The position numbers and the translations under genes are program-made. A stretch of 64,000 nucleotides of DNA from an uncultured Chloroflexia bacterium (GTDB taxonomy: Bacteria > Chloroflexota > Anaerolineae > Anaerolineales > UBA11579): positions 64,640 to 128,639 of the forward strand of contig CAWCOT010000006.1 of NCBI GenBank assembly GCA_963797275.1. The letters are read 5' to 3'. Below, in pieces: positions 21,751-31,335 of this stretch. How positions within the stretch are numbered: the first letter of the stretch is position 1; the number at the start of each line of letters is the position of its first letter. A model generated the notes under the pieces. That model did no database searches. It was not told the origin of the DNA and saw only the letters and a program-made list of their open reading frames with translations.

Positions 21751-22383
21751 CTAAACCAAGCCGTTCTGAATCGCATAATGAGTTAGCTCCGCATTGGTGG
21801 TCATGCCCATCTTCTGCAGCAGCCTGGTGCGGTATGTACTGACCGTTTTTGGACTTAGCCTCAATTCGGTAGAAATCTCTTTGACTTCCTTGCCGGAGGC
21901 AATCAAACAAAGCACCTGGTATTCGCGATCCGATAGATGTTTATGAATAGGTTGATCATCCTCCTGTCGAGCGTGCATAACCAGCTCAACTGCCACTGCA
22001 GAACTAATGTATTGTCCGCCCTGCAATATCTTGCGGATGGCCTGCACCAGTTCTTCCGGGGCACTTTCTTTATTCAAATAGCCCCCGGCCCCAGCCTTGA
22101 GGGTGCGGATTGCGTATTGATCCTCTGGAAACATACTTAATATCAACACCGGCATTTGTGGATGAGCGTGCTTGATCTGCTTCAACGCCTCCAGACCATT
22201 ACCCCCAGGCATGGCCAGATCTAAAACCACGATGTCCCAGCGCTCTTTATTAACCAGCTTTAGCAACTCACCGGCATTTTGCGCTTCTCCAAATATGGCC
22301 TGGGCAAAGGCCTCCATCAGGATTTGTTTAACACCGGTGCGCACAACCGCATGATCATCCGCCAGAAGAATTCTGAGCATCAC
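21751..22383 (-). CDS. NarL/FixJ (LuxR)-family response regulator
   Basis: ILLADDHAVVRTG receiver N-terminus with a phospho-acceptor Asp context (VVLDLAMPG) and a C-terminal LuxR HTH (SPKTVSTYRTRLLQKMG). Confidence 0.9.
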   Translation of the reverse strand: MMLRILLADDHAVVRTGVKQILMEAFAQAIFGEAQNAGELLKLVNKERWDIVVLDLAMPGGNGLEALKQIKHAHPQMPVLILSMFPEDQYAIRTLKAGAGGYLNKESAPEELVQAIRKILQGGQYISSAVAVELVMHARQEDDQPIHKHLSDREYQVLCLIASGKEVKEISTELRLSPKTVSTYRTRLLQKMGMTTNAELTHYAIQNGLV

Positions 22384-22393
22384 TGTGTTTCCA

Positions 22394-24205
22394 TCATTTC
22401 ACGTCTTCCGTTTGGTTGATGGGCAACGAAACTGTGACGGTGGTTCCTTTGCCCGGACCGCCTTGAATGTCGAAGGTGCCCCCTATGCGTTTGGCGTGCT
22501 CACGCATGCCTACCAGGCCCAGGGAGTGTAAGCCTTGGATTTCCCGCGCTTGAATACCGCGCCCATCATCACGGATGTGAAGCATCAGCACACCTGACGT
22601 GGCGGTCAACTTAACCCATATATGCCGGGCGATAGCATGGCGGGCCACATTGGTGAGCGCTTCTTGAAAGATGCGAAAAATGGCCACAGAGCGGGTACGT
22701 TCTAAGGGAGGATCTGCAGCCGGCACAGCCACTGTGCAAGCAATACCTGTGCGTTTCTCGAAATCGCGTGCCTGCCATTCGATTGAAGCCGACAAGCCTA
22801 AGTCGTCCAACATGGCCGGCCTCAATTCGGCCGAGATGCGCCGCACGGTTTTAATCATTGTGTCCATCTGCCCGGCGATGGCCTTGGCCTTTAGGGCCAG
22901 GTCTATATCCTTTTGCCCGAGTCGATCGGTCAGCCATGCCAGATCGAACTTCATTGCCGTCAAGGCCTGTCCAAGTTGGTCGTGTAATTCACGCGAGATT
23001 CGCGTGCGTTCTTCTTCACGGGCCAATTCCAGGTTAGCAGCCAGCCCGCGCAACTGCCTGGAGGACTCCTCAAGTTCGGCGACTGTCTCCAGGCGGCGCT
23101 GATAGGCGAGGGCGTTTTGAATGGCAATGGAGGCGGCTGGCGCCAGGGCCATGAGCATTTCCTGGTCACTAATGGTGAAGCCCTCCCCGCCCTGTTTATT
23201 GCGAATGTCAAAATAGCCCAGCACCTCTCCGACCGAATCCAGGATAGGTGTGCAGATGATGGAGTGGACGTCCGCATTGATGGAGAGATCGCGCTGCATC
23301 ATGGGATCGTGCGCAGCATCGCTGGTACCATAAGGCACCTTGTATTCCAACACCCACCCAGGGATGCCCTGCCCCTCTGGCCAGGTGTATTCGAAGGGAA
23401 TAGCCGCACCCCGCTGAAAATACTTGTTGACCGTCATACCATTGGCGGTGCGCAGCCCTGCAAAACCGCTCTCTCCATTAACAATACGAATAGCTTCCTG
23501 GGCCAGCTCATCCAGAATCGTCTTCACTTCAAGGGTGGCATTCAGTTTTTTACTAATCCGGAAGACGGTTTGGATCAGTTCTTCGGACTTCTCCCCTTCG
23601 GCGATTGCCTGGCGCAGCTCGGTCGTGTGGTCACCTGCGCTCTTTTGAAGTTCAAAATATAACTGCTGATTTTGGCGATGCAATTGGGCCATGTTTAGAT
23701 AAATGGCAATATGATTGGCCAAATCCTCGGCTGGCGACAGGGCGTTGACGTCAAAGCTGCGCCCGGATTCCGCGGCCACAAAAGTAATCGTGCCAAATAT
23801 TTGCGGCTTGGCGATGAGCGGCACAATCATATAGGACTTGACGATTGCTATCGCCGCCTTGAGGTCCGGCGGAACTTCTGTGATCAGTTGGGGTTCGCCG
23901 CTACGTAGCACAGCGGGCAAACCATGGGCATCATCGAGGGGCAGCAAGTGCTGCAACCAGTCGCGCGCCTCTGGCGGCGCAGGTTCGGCTGCCTGGGCCA
24001 ACGCCACTTGCACCATCGACCTGTCGGCCTGCAACAGATGAATGACGCACCAATCGGCCAACTTGGGCACGGCGAGTTGCGCAAGGGTGGATAGAGGACC
24101 GGCGTAATCCACTGCGCCCAAAAGCAGTTCCCCGGCCTCAGCCGTCCCTTCCGGCGACAAGGACGTCGGCTGGACCTGCGCCGAGCGATCTACCTTCCTT
24201 CTCAT
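22394..24205 (-). CDS. Cytoplasmic GAF-GAF sensor histidine kinase (HisKA_3 type)
   Basis: No obvious TM segments. Two GAF-like regions, the RISRELHDQLGQAL H-box, and an HATPase region (DDGRGI, GLVGMRE). Confidence 0.85.
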   Translation of the reverse strand: MRRKVDRSAQVQPTSLSPEGTAEAGELLLGAVDYAGPLSTLAQLAVPKLADWCVIHLLQADRSMVQVALAQAAEPAPPEARDWLQHLLPLDDAHGLPAVLRSGEPQLITEVPPDLKAAIAIVKSYMIVPLIAKPQIFGTITFVAAESGRSFDVNALSPAEDLANHIAIYLNMAQLHRQNQQLYFELQKSAGDHTTELRQAIAEGEKSEELIQTVFRISKKLNATLEVKTILDELAQEAIRIVNGESGFAGLRTANGMTVNKYFQRGAAIPFEYTWPEGQGIPGWVLEYKVPYGTSDAAHDPMMQRDLSINADVHSIICTPILDSVGEVLGYFDIRNKQGGEGFTISDQEMLMALAPAASIAIQNALAYQRRLETVAELEESSRQLRGLAANLELAREEERTRISRELHDQLGQALTAMKFDLAWLTDRLGQKDIDLALKAKAIAGQMDTMIKTVRRISAELRPAMLDDLGLSASIEWQARDFEKRTGIACTVAVPAADPPLERTRSVAIFRIFQEALTNVARHAIARHIWVKLTATSGVLMLHIRDDGRGIQAREIQGLHSLGLVGMREHAKRIGGTFDIQGGPGKGTTVTVSLPINQTEDVK

Positions 24206-24303
24206 TTCTGGAAACTGTGCTCCTTTGGTTAAGCCTCACTTACATTATATAGTCCGGATGCCGCGAAAGACCTCGCATGTGGCTTTCTTCGGCGCTAGTG
24301 TAG

Positions 24304-24323
24304 GACAAATACTGACAAATACT
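24304..24323. repeat. Perfect tandem 10-bp direct repeat in a divergent promoter region
   Basis: GACAAATACT GACAAATACT, located between the kinase operon start (24205) and the yggT-like gene (24446). Confidence 0.6.
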
Positions 24324-24445
24324 CTCTATATCAGCCTACTTACAAATCAGCCGCCCACCGATAGCCAAGGAAACGCCAAAGACCTATCATTTTATTGAAC
24401 AGGGGTGGCTAATCGGTTCGTCCCGCCAACTAGAGGAGAGGCAAA

Positions 24446-24901
24446 ATGACTAATAGCAAAATCTCGGAAGTAAAGACAACGCATCGAGAACCGGACCAGG
24501 AACGACGGATTTTCAACTTCAAAATCACTCAATTCGTTTGGGTCGCGTTGGGCATCCTGGAAACGATGATCGCTCTGCGCATCCTGCTGAAGTTGATCGC
24601 CGCCAATCCGGACAGCTCCATTGTTTCCTTCATCTATGGCTTCACCAACCTGTTTCTGTTCCCCTTTGAAGGTATGACGGCCACGCCGGCAGCCAACGGG
24701 ATGGTTCTGGAAATTTCATCCTTTTTCGCCATGGCGATCTATGCCTTGATCGGCTGGGCCGTTGAAAGAATCATCTGGTTGATCGTCTACAGGCCAAGAG
24801 GCAATTCAGTGTCCGTAACGCGGACATCGAGTTCGCGAAGATCAAACCCCCTAAGTAGACAAGTCCGACGACTTGTCGAATTTTTGGTCGTCCTAGACTA
24901 A
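24446..24901 (+). CDS. YggT-like small integral membrane protein
   Basis: RILLKLIAANPDSSIVSFIYGFTNLFLFPF plus a second helix is the YggT-type pattern. AGAGGAGAGG RBS. Confidence 0.45.
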   Translation: MTNSKISEVKTTHREPDQERRIFNFKITQFVWVALGILETMIALRILLKLIAANPDSSIVSFIYGFTNLFLFPFEGMTATPAANGMVLEISSFFAMAIYALIGWAVERIIWLIVYRPRGNSVSVTRTSSSRRSNPLSRQVRRLVEFLVVLD

Positions 24902-24944
24902 AAAATTGACCCGCGTGAAGTATTTTAGCAAAAGGAGAGAATAC

Positions 24945-25091
24945 ATGTTGTGGACCATTGTTGTCATACTGGTAGTGCTGTGGGCGTTGGGACTGATTGG
25001 TAGCATCGGCGGGAGTTTCGTGCACCTTCTTTTAGTGCTGGCGCTGATCCTTGTTGTGATCAACCTGCTGCGTGGCCGTAATGTAGTTTGA
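24945..25091 (+). CDS. lmo0937-family small membrane protein
   Basis: MLWTIVVILVVLWALGLIGSIGGSFVHLLLVLALILVVINLLRGR is the characteristic two-helix peptide. AAAGGAGAG RBS. Confidence 0.7.
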   Translation: MLWTIVVILVVLWALGLIGSIGGSFVHLLLVLALILVVINLLRGRNVV

Positions 25092-25151
25092 TTGGGGCTC
25101 GGACTCATTAGCCAAATGGATGTAACGAGGCGGAAATAAGAAAGGGATAAC

Positions 25152-25352
25152 ATGGATGTAAGCAAGGATATTTTGCATGGCAAGTGGCACGAACTCAGGG
25201 GACGGGTGCGACAGCAGTGGGGTAAGATCACTGAAGACGACCTCGGGCAACTTAGCGGAAAGACCGAAGAGCTCGCGGGGGTTTTGCAGCAACGCTATGG
25301 TTACAGTAAAGCCCAAGCGAAAATCGAAATCAACAAATGGCTCGAGAAGTAA
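25152..25352 (+). CDS. CsbD-family stress response protein
   Basis: GKWHELRGRVRQQWGKITEDDLGQLSGKTEELAGVLQQRYGYSK is the canonical CsbD repeat. Confidence 0.85.
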   Translation: MDVSKDILHGKWHELRGRVRQQWGKITEDDLGQLSGKTEELAGVLQQRYGYSKAQAKIEINKWLEK

Positions 25353-25372
25353 GCTAGACCTCAAAGAACCAT

Positions 25373-25403
25373 GTGAGGTCGGTTCAAATCCCTCCGCTCT
25401 GTC
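25373..25403 (+). other. Degenerate copy of the 3' part (T arm/acceptor) of tRNA-Pro
   Basis: GTGAGGTCGG-TTCAAATCC matches tRNA-Pro 17987-18008 (GTGAGGTCGGAGGTTCAAATCC) apart from a 3-nt gap; the following 12 nt match about half. No complete cloverleaf can be folded. Confidence 0.4.
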
Positions 25404-25410
25404 TAACAAA

Positions 25411-25436
25411 GGACCCCTCAATGAGGGGTTTTTTGT
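25411..25436 (+). terminator. Intrinsic terminator after csbD
   Basis: ACCCCTCaatGAGGGGTtttttg. Confidence 0.7.
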
Positions 25437-25513
25437 TTCGCGCCGGTTTTAGTGAACTTCCTAATCTTCGGCGCAATCTTTGGCACCTGGCATTAAGGCC
25501 CGCGTCCGATGTT

Positions 25514-25540
25514 AAAAAGGGCCACCCGCATGGGTGGCCC
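25514..25540 (-). terminator. Intrinsic terminator after the CBS gene
   Basis: GGGCCACCCgcatGGGTGGCCC, followed by TTTTT on the minus strand. Confidence 0.7.
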
Positions 25541-25598
25541 TAGACTTGGCTTTTAAGGCAATCACCAAGCGAAGGCGTATATTTGGATTGGTTACCGT

Positions 25599-26042
25599 TT
25601 ATTGTGATTGGGTGGCAATTAGAACTTCGTTCTTGTAGTAGGCGTCATTAATATCGCGTTGTGAAATCACACCAACGATAACCCCTTGATTATCACTCAC
25701 GGGAATATGACGAACCCCCAACTTTATCATTGAGTTTTGCGCCTCTCCAACAGTTGCACCTACGGAAACCGTTTTAACCTTTTCCCACGGCGTCATAATA
25801 CTAGATAAAATGGACTGCGCGTCTGTCTGGTTAGCGACCGAATTGCTTATATCGCGCTCGGTGATGACACCCATCGGTTTTTCGTTTCCTATCACAAGCA
25901 CTGAGCTTATTCCTTTTGTGCGCATAAATTGCGCAGCCTCTCGAATGCTGTTATCCACAGTCAGACTTTCTACCCCCTGATGTTGCTTGGCAGAAAGAAG
26001 CGTTTTGACAAGCATGTCTTTTACCAAAGGGATTCGTTGCAT
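25599..26042 (-). CDS. CBS-domain pair protein
   Basis: Two CBS repeats (SSVLVIGNEKPMGVITERDI and RHIPVSDNQGVIVGVISQRDI). Confidence 0.85.
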   Translation of the reverse strand: MQRIPLVKDMLVKTLLSAKQHQGVESLTVDNSIREAAQFMRTKGISSVLVIGNEKPMGVITERDISNSVANQTDAQSILSSIMTPWEKVKTVSVGATVGEAQNSMIKLGVRHIPVSDNQGVIVGVISQRDINDAYYKNEVLIATQSQ

Positions 26043-26206
26043 ATAAACCTCAGTAGACTAGTTGACGAAAGATGTAACGCAAAGTCATTTTAGACGGTTA
26101 CGCTGGGCTGTTAGATCCCATTTATCCAACAAACAACACGTCCGGGGGAGAGATTCAACTTCCATATAGGATTAGTTGGGGTAAAGATCCGGTTGATTGA
26201 GTATCA

Positions 26207-26240
26207 AAGGGCCCTTCAACATGAAGGGCCCTTTTTTTTT
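26207..26240. terminator. Strong hairpin with T9 run next to the DUF3597 gene end
   Basis: AAGGGCCCTTCaacatGAAGGGCCCTTttttttt. No plus-strand gene ends here, so it probably acts bidirectionally for the minus-strand gene. Confidence 0.55.
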
Positions 26241-26250
26241 CAAAGTTCTT

Positions 26251-26649
26251 TCAGTCCAGCAAACTCTGCGGCACCTTGCCGCCATTCTGGGCCACTTTTT
26301 GCATGACGGCTTTGTGCAGCCATACGTTCATCTTGGCCGAATCTTCCATCGCGTCGGAGGGGCAATGCAGTTCGTCGGCTAGTGCCTTGCGAGATTCGTA
26401 GCTGCTGTCCATGTCCAAAAGCTTCATCATGTCTACGATGGAGGTTCTCCATTCGAGCTTCTGGGGGTTTTCTGCGGCCATGTCGTCCAGCATCTTTTCT
26501 ACATCCATCATTGGGACAGAGGCGTCCTTGGATACAATTTGATAGTGAGCCAATTTCTCGTGCATGATGGGAGAAGAAGGCTTCCCAGATGGGGCAGCCG
26601 GCTCTTCGGGTTTACCCAAACCTAAGTGGCTAAGAAGTGATTTAAGCAT
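26251..26649 (-). CDS. DUF3597-family protein
   Basis: MLKSLLSHLGLGKP N-terminus and the KLEWRTSIVDMMKLLDMDSSYESRKALADEL C-terminal domain, typical of DUF3597. Confidence 0.65.
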   Translation of the reverse strand: MLKSLLSHLGLGKPEEPAAPSGKPSSPIMHEKLAHYQIVSKDASVPMMDVEKMLDDMAAENPQKLEWRTSIVDMMKLLDMDSSYESRKALADELHCPSDAMEDSAKMNVWLHKAVMQKVAQNGGKVPQSLLD

Positions 26650-26822
26650 GTAAAGTCCCTTTCTATTTAGGAGATAATTCGACCATACTTCGTGCTTTCT
26701 CTATTTTACATTAAATAATTCAGTATTCCCATTCATTTATTTCAAAGACCATCGTTGGCTTTCATTTGGACAAGAAAAAGGGGATAATAAGCCGAACCTG
26801 CCAATCGAAATGGAGCGACACC

Positions 26823-27470
26823 ATGAAAACGCCCCTGACTTTGCTTGTTGCCACTCTGCTGCTGGCCGCCTGTGCACCCCAGTCAACCACCGCGGCCCTT
26901 AAAGTTGAAAATCCGAGCGCATTAGCACCGGAAGCCACTGGGTTTCCTATGCAGGATGGCGCCTTTACCGGCGCACCGCAAGATTTCCTGTTAAGCCCCG
27001 AAGAGCTGGGTACCCAGTATGCACCTCAAGACGCTGGCGCCGAGTCACCCAACAGCGACGTGGTAGCCGGGCGGGCGGATGGTGAAGATTATATCGCTGC
27101 CACTGGACGCCAGAGCGGCTGGCGCATGCAATTTAATCGCACGGGAAATGGGGATACTCCGCCATACATCGTCAATGTAGTGAACACCTACCAAACAGCG
27201 GAAGGCGCCCAGTTAGTGCTCAGCCGCGAGTGGCACCAAGATGTCTGGTCGCTGATCGACGCGGGACAATTGATCAAACTGCCGGATATTCCGGACCTGG
27301 ATGTGCAGCAGTTGGTGTGGCAAGACTCCAGTGGCTCGATTGGCGTCGAGCTTGTGTACCGAAATCTGTATATTTTGTTCACAGGCCGCTCTGAGGGCGG
27401 CGCCGACGAGTATCAATTTTTCGCCAGCCTGGCGAAGAACCACCTGGACTGGATAAAGGCTCACGAATAA
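26823..27470 (+). CDS. Hypothetical lipoprotein
   Basis: MKTPLTLLVATLLLAAC lipobox. No recognisable domain. Confidence 0.6.
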   Translation: MKTPLTLLVATLLLAACAPQSTTAALKVENPSALAPEATGFPMQDGAFTGAPQDFLLSPEELGTQYAPQDAGAESPNSDVVAGRADGEDYIAATGRQSGWRMQFNRTGNGDTPPYIVNVVNTYQTAEGAQLVLSREWHQDVWSLIDAGQLIKLPDIPDLDVQQLVWQDSSGSIGVELVYRNLYILFTGRSEGGADEYQFFASLAKNHLDWIKAHE

Positions 27471-27640
27471 TAGAGAGCCACTTCGTGACCGGCCGGAGTT
27501 TGCTGCCCCCACAGTTTTTGGTTCGATGGAAATAAACTTAGACTGGTATGCCAATTGGCCGGCGGTGGAGAAAGGCTCTTGCTGGCGACCCCAGCCATGC
27601 TTAGGAAAAGTGCATACCGCCTAGTAGAGTAAGCCACTTA

Positions 27641-29398
27641 ATGTCACCAAAGCCACAAGCTCCGTCCCGTCTTTTCGCCATTTCATTATGCTTTCTTGGC
27701 CTCGAGGGGCTGGGCTGCCTGGTCTACCTGTTTAGCATCCCAACGGACCCCCGCAATGCCATCGCCTTCGGCTTTTCAGCAGCGCGCCTGGGAATTGCCG
27801 CAGTGCTGCTAACCGGCGTGTTGGCTAGCTTGATCGCAGCGGCCCGTGTGCGGCTGAAGGGGATGCTCTTCCAGGCCGCCAATTCGCTATTAACGGCCAA
27901 ATGGAGTTTTCCGCTGCTGCTGGCGGGCAGCCTGGCTGGAATGGCGATATGTGTGAATTGGCCATTCGCCGACCCGGCGCTGCAAGCCAGTCTGCAGCGA
28001 GCGTTCCCACTGATGCTGTTCGCCACGTTGGCGGGCCTGCACGCGCTGGCTTTGCAACTCTCGTTGCCGGGCAAAGAGAGGCTGCGCAGGCTGGCCCTGG
28101 TGGGCATGACGGTCATCTTGTTACTTTCCTACGTCAGTATCACTTCCCATTATGCGCAAGTCAACCGTAAATACAGGCTGAGCGACCAGGAAGCCATGCT
28201 CAACACCCTACGCCAAATCAAGGCCACGGATTACAGCTACACTGGTTCGCGCGACTTTATGCCCGGATTCCCTTTGCTGGCCAGCCCGTTTATGGATACA
28301 TCGCTGCCGAGTACACAATTATTCGCCCAAGGTAAATTGGTCAACGTGGCGTTCTCGCTGGTCTTCCTGGCGGTCATCTTCCTGCTCATGCGCAGATATT
28401 TCGATATTTGGATTTCGTCGTTTTTTGTGTTCCTGGCGGCCTTCACGCTATTCATCTATAAGGCGGCTTACTTTCAGCCTGAATTGACCTATTACTTTTT
28501 CAGTTTCGTGGCCTTCGTGTTAATGGTGGAACTTTTCCTGCGCCCCAACCTGCTGGTGGCGCTAGGCGCCGGGCTTTTGTTGGCGGCGGCGCAGTACACC
28601 AAGGCATCCGTACTGCCCATGGTGGCACTGTTCAGCACGGCTATGGTGGCGCAAGGCTTGTATATGGGCGTATTCAAGGAGAAAGCTGCAAGCAGGCTGT
28701 GGAAACATCTGGGGGTCGTGGCGATCATGCTGCTGGCCTTCCTGCTGCCAATCTCTCCCTATTTACTGGAGAGCAAAGCCACTTATGGTTCGTATTTTTA
28801 CAATGTGAACAGCACCTATTTCATCTGGTTCGATTCTTGGGGCGAAGCCAAGGCCAGCGACCAGGCGGTGGTTTATGCACTGGGCAAACCCGATCTGCCA
28901 TCCGACCAGATCCCATCACTGCACAATTATCTGCAAACCCATAACACGGCCGACATCCTGGACCGTTTTGGGAATGGCTTTGCGAACCAGGCCTCGAACT
29001 GGGTCAACACCTATGCGTTGGTCAGCTTCCCATTGCTGCTCCTGGGAGGATTGGTCGTACTAGGCTTTCAACATCGCCAGCGAGTCCGGGAATTGATAGC
29101 CATGCAACCCATTCTGACCTTATTCACCCTGGGCTTTTTTAGCGGATATACGCTGCTGTTTGCCTGGTACGGGCCAATCGCAGACTACGCTGATCGGCGT
29201 TTTAGCTACGGCTTATACCTGCCTCTGCTATTCGTGCTATTCCTAGCGATCCAGACTCTGACCGGACATCCGGCCAAGCCAACGCCGAAGCGAAATTGGG
29301 TGCCCGCGTTTTATGGAGCCCTGGTTGTGCTGCTGGGAGGAGACCTGTTACTGCATCTCCCTTACCAATTTCTAGATTTCCATTGGTTTGGCAAATGA
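27641..29398 (+). CDS. Large polytopic membrane protein, possible GT-C/PMT_2-like glycosyltransferase
   Basis: 585 aa with more than 12 hydrophobic helices and a periplasmic-type loop near residues 170-215. No clear catalytic motif recognised. Confidence 0.4.
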   Translation: MSPKPQAPSRLFAISLCFLGLEGLGCLVYLFSIPTDPRNAIAFGFSAARLGIAAVLLTGVLASLIAAARVRLKGMLFQAANSLLTAKWSFPLLLAGSLAGMAICVNWPFADPALQASLQRAFPLMLFATLAGLHALALQLSLPGKERLRRLALVGMTVILLLSYVSITSHYAQVNRKYRLSDQEAMLNTLRQIKATDYSYTGSRDFMPGFPLLASPFMDTSLPSTQLFAQGKLVNVAFSLVFLAVIFLLMRRYFDIWISSFFVFLAAFTLFIYKAAYFQPELTYYFFSFVAFVLMVELFLRPNLLVALGAGLLLAAAQYTKASVLPMVALFSTAMVAQGLYMGVFKEKAASRLWKHLGVVAIMLLAFLLPISPYLLESKATYGSYFYNVNSTYFIWFDSWGEAKASDQAVVYALGKPDLPSDQIPSLHNYLQTHNTADILDRFGNGFANQASNWVNTYALVSFPLLLLGGLVVLGFQHRQRVRELIAMQPILTLFTLGFFSGYTLLFAWYGPIADYADRRFSYGLYLPLLFVLFLAIQTLTGHPAKPTPKRNWVPAFYGALVVLLGGDLLLHLPYQFLDFHWFGK

Positions 29399-31326
29399 AG
29401 CGAACTAAGGGTTGGCTGGAACGACTGGGAGCGCTGCCCCGGCTGGCGGACGGGTTGTCACTGGCCGGCGCGCTAATCTATGCGGCGCAGTCCTTCGTCT
29501 ATATCTTCACGTCCGGCAGCATGCTGGACGAAGGGTTGTATCTAGTGAAGGGCTGGTATTTCGCTACTGGACAATACACGCCATTCCAGGACTACGGCGT
29601 ACTCACCAACCACATGCCGCTGGCCTTCCTGATACCCGGTTACTTACTTAGATGGTTTGGGGCCAATCTGCTCACCGGGCGTATGTTCGCCGTGGCACTC
29701 AGCCTGGCAATGCTGGCAGCTGCCTGGCTGCTGGCGCGCCGCCTGAGCGGCAGCTGGGGAGGGGCTTTCATGGCATGGGCCCTAGCACTCAATGTAGCCC
29801 AGGTGCGCATCTACAGCCTGGCCCTCTCTCAGGGGTTGATCGCCGCCCTGGTGGCTGGGGCGTTGCTACTCTCGGTGCGGCGCCAGCTATCGCCGCGGGC
29901 GGCTGCCGCGGCCGGGGCGCTGCTGGGAGTAATGGTGATGGTGCGCATCAACATGCTGCCCCTGGCAGGACTATGGCTGGTGTATATGCTTTGGCAGCAC
30001 GGGCACAAACCCTTCTGGGCTGGAGCGGCGGCTTTCGGCGCAGTCTTTTTGGCGGTACACGCCTTGTATTGGCCCAACATCCTACGCATGTGGGCCTATT
30101 GGATCCCGCAGGGGTGGGTCCCTGCGCTGCAGCCCTTTTACACACCCTGGGAAAAATACAGTGGCATTCAAATCACGCCTAATTGGGGTTGGTTGACCAA
30201 CCTGGACGACAGCAGCTGGAATCCGATCATTAGCTTTTGGCAGGGGGTGCGGTTCAACTTCGTGGTCATCGTGGGCTTTCTGCTGAACGTACTGCTGTGG
30301 CCGCGGCGCAGCGCGTGGCCTAATAAATTCACTTATCGCAGCGCCATCTTTTTGAACCTGGCTTTCCTGGTGCTGCTGCTGGAACATATGTGGGCCGCGC
30401 TGGACGAGCAATCTTGCACTGGCTTTTGCTTTTCCGGGTACGTGGCGTTCTTCAGCCTGGTAGGTCTACTGGCCATCGTGGTAACCGCGCCATCCTGGCG
30501 TAAGAAACCACATTGGCTGGTTCAGGGGCTCATCGCCATCGTGTTGCTAATTCTATGCGCTGGAGTTGGATTCGGAGCCGCCGACAAACTGGGCAAGTTC
30601 CTGGCAGAGTTTCCAGTACCGCGGCTTTCGGGTCCAGCGCCCCTGTGGGGTTATTTCCAGAACAAATTCGGGATTAGTTACCGGGATGCGCGCAAAATCC
30701 TGCCGGCGCTGGCTGGCCTAGTTGCTGGGCTCGCTGTGATCCTGGCGGCCTGGCTGGCGAGAAGGCGCTGGCTGGAGGCCAAGCGGTATTCGCTGGCAGC
30801 CGCTGGGCTGGTGATGCTGTTCGGCCTGGGATTTGCTCTGGCGCCGACCCCACTGCTCTCGCTGGGGGACAAGACACTACAATGCGGTGGCAATCTGATC
30901 CAGGCTTACCAGCAGGCGGGGGCGCAATTGTCGCCGCTGCTGCAGCCCGGAGATCGGCTTTACTACCACGGACCAAATTCACCCGCCATCCTGCTATACC
31001 TGCCGGATGTAATAATCTATCCCCCGCAACTCAATAACGTGTTCTCATTCAGCACCCTGGAAAATGGCGCCGACGCGGATAAGCTACTTAAGTTCGGCTA
31101 TTGGAACCATGATTTGAAGGAAAAATGGATGGCCGAGGCGGATGTGGTGTTGCTGGAAGCGCGCCGTTACGAGGAGTGGCAGCCTTTGGTGGAGGCGGGA
31201 GTATTCGACACGGTTTATGTGAGCGATCCCTTGGAACCTTGCCGAGGCAAGGACTTCGGCCTTGATTCTGTTGCGCCGAAGGTTCCAGCGCGGAACAGAA
31301 TCAGATTCCAATTCGTCTATATCTAA
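29395..31326 (+). CDS. GT-C-fold membrane glycosyltransferase-like protein
   Basis: ATGA overlap with the upstream gene. First-loop motif SGSMLDEGLYLVKGWYF (DE..Y, as in ArnT/PMT-type GT-C), about 13 TM helices and a soluble C-terminal domain. Confidence 0.5.
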   Translation: MKRTKGWLERLGALPRLADGLSLAGALIYAAQSFVYIFTSGSMLDEGLYLVKGWYFATGQYTPFQDYGVLTNHMPLAFLIPGYLLRWFGANLLTGRMFAVALSLAMLAAAWLLARRLSGSWGGAFMAWALALNVAQVRIYSLALSQGLIAALVAGALLLSVRRQLSPRAAAAAGALLGVMVMVRINMLPLAGLWLVYMLWQHGHKPFWAGAAAFGAVFLAVHALYWPNILRMWAYWIPQGWVPALQPFYTPWEKYSGIQITPNWGWLTNLDDSSWNPIISFWQGVRFNFVVIVGFLLNVLLWPRRSAWPNKFTYRSAIFLNLAFLVLLLEHMWAALDEQSCTGFCFSGYVAFFSLVGLLAIVVTAPSWRKKPHWLVQGLIAIVLLILCAGVGFGAADKLGKFLAEFPVPRLSGPAPLWGYFQNKFGISYRDARKILPALAGLVAGLAVILAAWLARRRWLEAKRYSLAAAGLVMLFGLGFALAPTPLLSLGDKTLQCGGNLIQAYQQAGAQLSPLLQPGDRLYYHGPNSPAILLYLPDVIIYPPQLNNVFSFSTLENGADADKLLKFGYWNHDLKEKWMAEADVVLLEARRYEEWQPLVEAGVFDTVYVSDPLEPCRGKDFGLDSVAPKVPARNRIRFQFVYI

Positions 31327-31335
31327 GAGGTAATA

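Noticed and set aside
25347-25403. A complete extra tRNA gene overlapping the end of csbD, suggested by the GGTTCAAATCC T-loop-like motif and the GACCTCA/TGAGGTC hairpin.
   Set aside because: No acceptor stem or D arm can be paired, and the T stem is broken. It is treated only as a degenerate tRNA-Pro 3' fragment.
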